Shown here in pieces: positions 59,804 to 64,000 of a stretch of DNA of 64,000 nucleotides. A program made the position numbers and the translations under genes. The number at the start of each line of letters is the position of its first letter. Within the stretch, counting starts at the first letter, position 1. The stretch lies in NCBI GenBank assembly GCA_963758525.1, contig CAVWVQ010000003.1, positions 2,464,001-2,528,000 of the forward strand. Direction: 5' to 3'. Below the pieces are notes generated by a model. The model had not been told where the DNA came from. It did not search any database and saw only the letters and a list, made by a program, of their open reading frames with translations. The DNA comes from an uncultured Phycisphaerales bacterium. GTDB taxonomy: Bacteria; Planctomycetota; Phycisphaerae; Tepidisphaerales; Tepidisphaeraceae.

Positions 59804-61882
59804 ATGGCGAGGCAAGGACAACGAACTGGCGGGACGCGTAATCCGGAAAAAAATTTGGGCCGCGGCCGGAGCTCGGCTCCGGCCCGCGTGATCATTCCCG
59901 ACGTGAGCCCAGGGGTCGGACATGATCCGGTTCCGGCGCAGCCGACGGCGGATGACTCAGCCTCGCACGCATCTGCCCCGATGTATCGGGAAGTTGCTGC
60001 ATCCGAAGAAGAGCCCCGCCTCGAACCCGAGACGCCGCTGCCGCCGGAACCGGCGGTGGTGGTTCCGCAGCAGCCCCCGCTGCTGTTTGAGATCGCGTGG
60101 GAGGTCTGCTGGCAACTGGGCGGGATCTATACCGTGCTGCGATCCAAGGCAGGGGCGATGCTGGAGCGATGGGGCGATCGCTACTGCCTGGTCGGTCCTT
60201 ACAACCCGAATACCGCGCCGCTCGAATTTGAAGAACAACCCGCCTACGGCTCGATCAAGGAGACGCTCACGCGGCTGCGCGACTCGGGTCTGCCGTGTTA
60301 CTTCGGCCGCTGGCTGATCGACGGACGCCCCCGCGTGATCCTCCTCGACTACCGCGCCCGATACGCTTCACTTGATAATGACAAATATTTGCTGTGGGAG
60401 CAGCACGGCATCGCGACCAATGCCGGTGACGGCGAGGTGAACGAGGTGGTGGCGTTCGGATTTGCCGTGGCAGAATTTTTCCGCCAGCTCACCGGCGTGG
60501 TGAAGGACCGCCCGATCCTGGCGCACTTCCACGAATGGATGGCCGGCGTCGCCGTGCCTCGCATCGCGCATCTGAAGATTCCCGTCGCGACGGTGTTCAC
60601 GACGCATGCGACGCTGCTGGGGCGGTACATCGCTTCGGAAAATCCGCATTTTTACGATCATCTTCCGTTCCTCGATCCCGAGGCCGAGGCGCGGAAATAC
60701 AACATTCTGTCGCGCTTCGCGATCGAGAAGGCGGCCGCACACGCGGCGACAGTCTTTTCGACGGTCAGCGAGGTGACGGCTTTCGAAGCCTCCAAGCTGC
60801 TGGGGCGGGAAGCCGACGTGATCATGCCCAACGGGCTGAACATTCGCCGCTTTGCCGCACCGCACGAGTTCCAGTATCTGCACCAGGAATACAAGGAACG
60901 GATTCACGCTTTCGTGATGGGGCATTTCTTTCCGAGTTATTCGTTCGATCTGGATAACACGATTTACCTTTTTACCAGCGGCCGCTACGAATATCGCAAT
61001 AAGGGCATGGACCTCTACATTGAGGCGCTGGCCGAGCTGAACCGCCGGCTGCGGCAGATGTCGAACCCGCCGACTGTCGTCGCGTTCATCATCACCAAGG
61101 CGGCGGTGAAGCACATCAATGTAAGCGTGCTGCAGAACCAATCGATGTTTGACGATCTGCGTCACACGTGCGATCAGGTGACCGAGCAGATGGGGCAGCG
61201 GCTGTTTTACTCTGCCGCGACGCATCGGATGCCGACGTTCGCGGAACTTCTGCCCGAAGACTCGCAAGTTCGGCTGAAGCGTGCCGTGCATGCCTGGCGA
61301 ACCAACCGCCAGCCCCTGATTGTGACGCACGACATGCAGGACGACGCCGGCGATCCGGTTCTCAAGCATCTGCGGCACCGCTGGCTGTTCAATCACGCCA
61401 GCGATCCGGTCAAGGTCGTGTTCCATCCCGATTTCGTGACGGCGACGAGTCCGGTGCTCAGCCTCGATTACGACCAGTTTGTTCGTGGCTGCCATATGGG
61501 AATTTTCCCCAGCTATTACGAGCCGTGGGGCTACACACCGATGGAGTCGATCGCGCTGGGGCTGCCCGCGGTCACCAGCGATCTCAGCGGCTTCGGCGCC
61601 TACACTCGGCGTCATGTGGAAAACCACAACGAGCGCGGCATCCTCGTGCTCGATCGGCGGTATCGCAGCTTCGACGACGCCGTGAATCAGCTTGCCGATC
61701 ATCTCATGAAATTTTTGCAATTGAGCCGCCGGCAGCGCATCGAGCTGCGCAACAACGTCGAGCGATTAGGCGAGCTCTTTGACTGGTCGGTGCTCGTACG
61801 TCACTACGACACCGCCCACAATCTCGCGATCGAGCGGAAGGGCGTCGTAAAGCCGGGCGTTGTGGAAGTCCGGGTGGTGTGA
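59804..61882 (+). CDS. GT3-family (eukaryote-type) glycogen synthase
   Basis: LFEIAWEV...GGIYTV, HFHEW, TTHATLLGR, SGRYEYRNKG, FPSYYEPWGYTP. Confidence 0.93.
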   Translation: MARQGQRTGGTRNPEKNLGRGRSSAPARVIIPDVSPGVGHDPVPAQPTADDSASHASAPMYREVAASEEEPRLEPETPLPPEPAVVVPQQPPLLFEIAWEVCWQLGGIYTVLRSKAGAMLERWGDRYCLVGPYNPNTAPLEFEEQPAYGSIKETLTRLRDSGLPCYFGRWLIDGRPRVILLDYRARYASLDNDKYLLWEQHGIATNAGDGEVNEVVAFGFAVAEFFRQLTGVVKDRPILAHFHEWMAGVAVPRIAHLKIPVATVFTTHATLLGRYIASENPHFYDHLPFLDPEAEARKYNILSRFAIEKAAAHAATVFSTVSEVTAFEASKLLGREADVIMPNGLNIRRFAAPHEFQYLHQEYKERIHAFVMGHFFPSYSFDLDNTIYLFTSGRYEYRNKGMDLYIEALAELNRRLRQMSNPPTVVAFIITKAAVKHINVSVLQNQSMFDDLRHTCDQVTEQMGQRLFYSAATHRMPTFAELLPEDSQVRLKRAVHAWRTNRQPLIVTHDMQDDAGDPVLKHLRHRWLFNHASDPVKVVFHPDFVTATSPVLSLDYDQFVRGCHMGIFPSYYEPWGYTPMESIALGLPAVTSDLSGFGAYTRRHVENHNERGILVLDRRYRSFDDAVNQLADHLMKFLQLSRRQRIELRNNVERLGELFDWSVLVRHYDTAHNLAIERKGVVKPGVVEVRVV

Positions 61883-61995
61883 CGCGAATCAGCCGAGCCT
61901 CTTTTGGCTGCGAGCACGCTACTATGCTGTTCCCAGCCGCTGGCTGTGGGCGCCAATGGTGCAATTATCAGGGATTGGAGTTGAGGAGTGACATC

Positions 61996-62214
61996 GTGAA
62001 AATGACAGCCGTCTATCAACGGGTTCAGGAAGGCTATATCGCTTTTGTGGAGGAACTGCCTGGGGCGAATACGCAAGGCGACACTTTGCATGAAGCGCGA
62101 GAGAATTTGCGCGAGGCGGTTTCCCTCGTACTTGAAGCTAACCGCGAACTGGCAGAACGGTCGCTCATCGGGCGAACTGTTACCCGCGAGCCGTTCGAGC
62201 CGGACGCCGCATGA
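61996..62214 (+). CDS. hicB: HicB-like antitoxin
   Basis: GYIAFVEELPGANTQGDTLHEARENLREA; GAGGAG RBS. Confidence 0.88.
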   Translation: MKMTAVYQRVQEGYIAFVEELPGANTQGDTLHEARENLREAVSLVLEANRELAERSLIGRTVTREPFEPDAA

Positions 62215-62438
62215 AACGGGTCGATTTGATCCGCCACCTTGAGGCGCGTGATCGAGGTAAGCACAGCGTCTATGTAAATCCAGCGAACAACCAAACCTCG
62301 GCCGTCCCACGGCATCGTGAAATCAACGATTTCCTGGCCCGGAAGATCTGCCCTGACCTTGCTATTCCAGAGTTGTACTGCCTGGGTAACGGGTCCTTCC
62401 TTAAGCGTATGCCTGCGGCTCGGCAGAAAATGCATTGA
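62211..62438 (+). CDS. hicA: HicA-like toxin, possibly degenerate
   Basis: MKRVDLIRHLE, GKH, VPRHREI; ATGA overlap with hicB. Confidence 0.75.
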   Translation: MKRVDLIRHLEARDRGKHSVYVNPANNQTSAVPRHREINDFLARKICPDLAIPELYCLGNGSFLKRMPAARQKMH

Positions 62439-62482
62439 TTCGCTCGAACTGTTCATCGGCTTGGTCCGGGTAGACTGCGGTT

Positions 62483-63961
62483 ATGCACCCACAGACCTGC
62501 AAATCCTTCCGCATTCTGGTCGGCATGGAAATTCATGTCCAGCTCGACACGCAAAGCAAGATGTTCACCGGCGCGGCGAATGGATTCGGCGGGGAGCCTA
62601 ACACGCAGGTGGATGAACAGGTTCTGGGGTTACCGGGCGTACTGCCGGTGATGAATCGCAAGGCGGTCGAATACGCGATCAAAGCGGGATTGGCGCTGGG
62701 GTGCAGAATCGCCCGGCACACGAAATGGGATCGGAAAAGCTATTATTACCCCGATCTTCCGAAGAATTATCAGATCAGCCAGTACGACCTTCCGCTTTGC
62801 TGTGAAGGAACGTTTTCACTACCGATGGATGATGGGTCAATCAAAACGGTTCGGATTCGTCGCGCGCATCTGGAGGAAGACGCGGGGAAGCTGCTGCACG
62901 ATGCGCCCGGGGGTTATCGGATCGACTACAGCATTGTGGATTTGAATCGGGCGGGAACGCCATTACTGGAGATTGTCACGGAGCCGGATCTTTCCAGCGG
63001 CAAGGAGGTGGCGGCGTTTGGCCAGGAGTTGCAGAAGATCGTGCAGTTTCTGGGGGTGAGCCGGGGACAGATGCAAATGGGGCACATGCGATTTGAGCCG
63101 AATATCAATGTGCACATCACAGATGAACAGGGGCAGGTGTTCAAAACCGCGATTACCGAGATCAAGAACCTCAACAGTTTCAGTGTTTTGGAGCGCGCGA
63201 CCGACAGCGAGGTGCGCCGGCAGATTCGCGTCTGGGAGGAATCGGGTTCGCTGGGCCGCAAGAGCACCTACGGCTGGGACGAAGCAACGGAGTCGACGTA
63301 TTTTCAACGTTATAAGGAGGACTCGGGCGACTACCGGTATTTTCCCGATCCGGACCTGTGCCCGGTCGAAGTGAGCGATGCATGGCTTTCAGAACTCACC
63401 GCACAGATTGGCGAACTGCCGACGGTCCGCCGCCAGCGATACATTGACGCACTGGGGCTTTCCCCGGCCGATGCGGGAATTCTCGCCGGCGAGCGGGGAA
63501 TCGGGGATTACTTCGATGAGTCCGTCCGCCTGGGCGCCAGCCCGCGTCGGGCCTCGAATCTGGTCATTCATGTATTGACGCAAATCGCCAATCGCCGGCA
63601 GCTGCAGGTTGCGGCGCTCGGCATCGCTCCAGCCGCCTTGAGCCGGGTAGCGCTAATGATCGATCAGAATCAGCTCGCGCCCAGCAGCGCGCTTCCGCTG
63701 CTCGACGCGCTCAACCCGCAGTCGAGCGACATTGTCGCGCTTGCGGCATCGCTCGGTCTGCTGCAGGTGAGCGACAGCAGCGCCATCAATGCGGCGATCG
63801 AGGCAGTGATCGCGCAGAACCCCAAGGCGCTGCAGGACTACAAGGCCGGACGCCAGAGCGCGCTGGGAGCTGTGGTCGGTATGGTGATGAAGCAGACGAA
63901 GGGCCTGAACCCGAAAATGGTGCAGGAGCAGATTCGCCTCAAGCTCGCCTCGGGTAATTGA
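62483..63961 (+). CDS. gatB: Asp-tRNA(Asn)/Glu-tRNA(Gln) amidotransferase subunit B
   Basis: GMEIHVQL, YYYPDLPKNYQISQY, HLEEDAGK, NRAGTPLLEIVTEP, EIKNLNS, DYRYFPDPDL. Confidence 0.97.
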   Translation: MHPQTCKSFRILVGMEIHVQLDTQSKMFTGAANGFGGEPNTQVDEQVLGLPGVLPVMNRKAVEYAIKAGLALGCRIARHTKWDRKSYYYPDLPKNYQISQYDLPLCCEGTFSLPMDDGSIKTVRIRRAHLEEDAGKLLHDAPGGYRIDYSIVDLNRAGTPLLEIVTEPDLSSGKEVAAFGQELQKIVQFLGVSRGQMQMGHMRFEPNINVHITDEQGQVFKTAITEIKNLNSFSVLERATDSEVRRQIRVWEESGSLGRKSTYGWDEATESTYFQRYKEDSGDYRYFPDPDLCPVEVSDAWLSELTAQIGELPTVRRQRYIDALGLSPADAGILAGERGIGDYFDESVRLGASPRRASNLVIHVLTQIANRRQLQVAALGIAPAALSRVALMIDQNQLAPSSALPLLDALNPQSSDIVALAASLGLLQVSDSSAINAAIEAVIAQNPKALQDYKAGRQSALGAVVGMVMKQTKGLNPKMVQEQIRLKLASGN

Positions 63962-64000
63962 AGAAAATCAAAAAATATTTCGTAATTCAGATGGGATCCT

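Noticed and set aside
1..64000. tRNA, rRNA or other structured RNA genes
   Set aside because: None recognised by eye; the intergenic hairpins are explained by REP-like repeats or terminators. A covariance-model search was not possible

Overview
GC-rich bacterial chromosomal window. The organism is probably Planctomycetota (Phycisphaerae/Tepidisphaera-like), inferred from a LEPR-XLL/DUF4347 giant surface protein, a BBP2 porin, scattered housekeeping genes and dense palindromic repeats. Housekeeping genes: complex I split into two blocks (nuoD-E-F' on minus, with a TA pair and three extra ORFs inserted; nuoG-H-I on plus ~47 kb away), parB with a parS site but no parA, pepF, ppdK, an inositol monophosphatase, sucD, plsY, nadA, a GT3 glycogen synthase and gatB. 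Accessory genes: a giant membrane-anchored adhesin followed by a hybrid histidine kinase and an HD-GYP regulator, a ynbA/C/D-like lipid cluster, a MarR-RND efflux operon, a lipase/patatin pair, four TA-like modules and a REP-associated tyrosine transposase (RAYT) flanked by its repeats. At least eight genes carry small frameshifts, mostly in homopolymers, which look like long-read errors rather than pseudogenes. Best leads: (1) the adhesin-kinase-c-di-GMP phosphodiesterase operon; (2) an HTH-TM-coiled-coil gene divergent from parS/parB; (3) repeats inserted in frame into ynbD and nadA, plus the RAYT locus with a perfect triplication; (4) a HEPN gene with a non-canonical partner; (5) apparently leaderless transcription of several genes. 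All calls come from reading motifs by eye; no searches were run.
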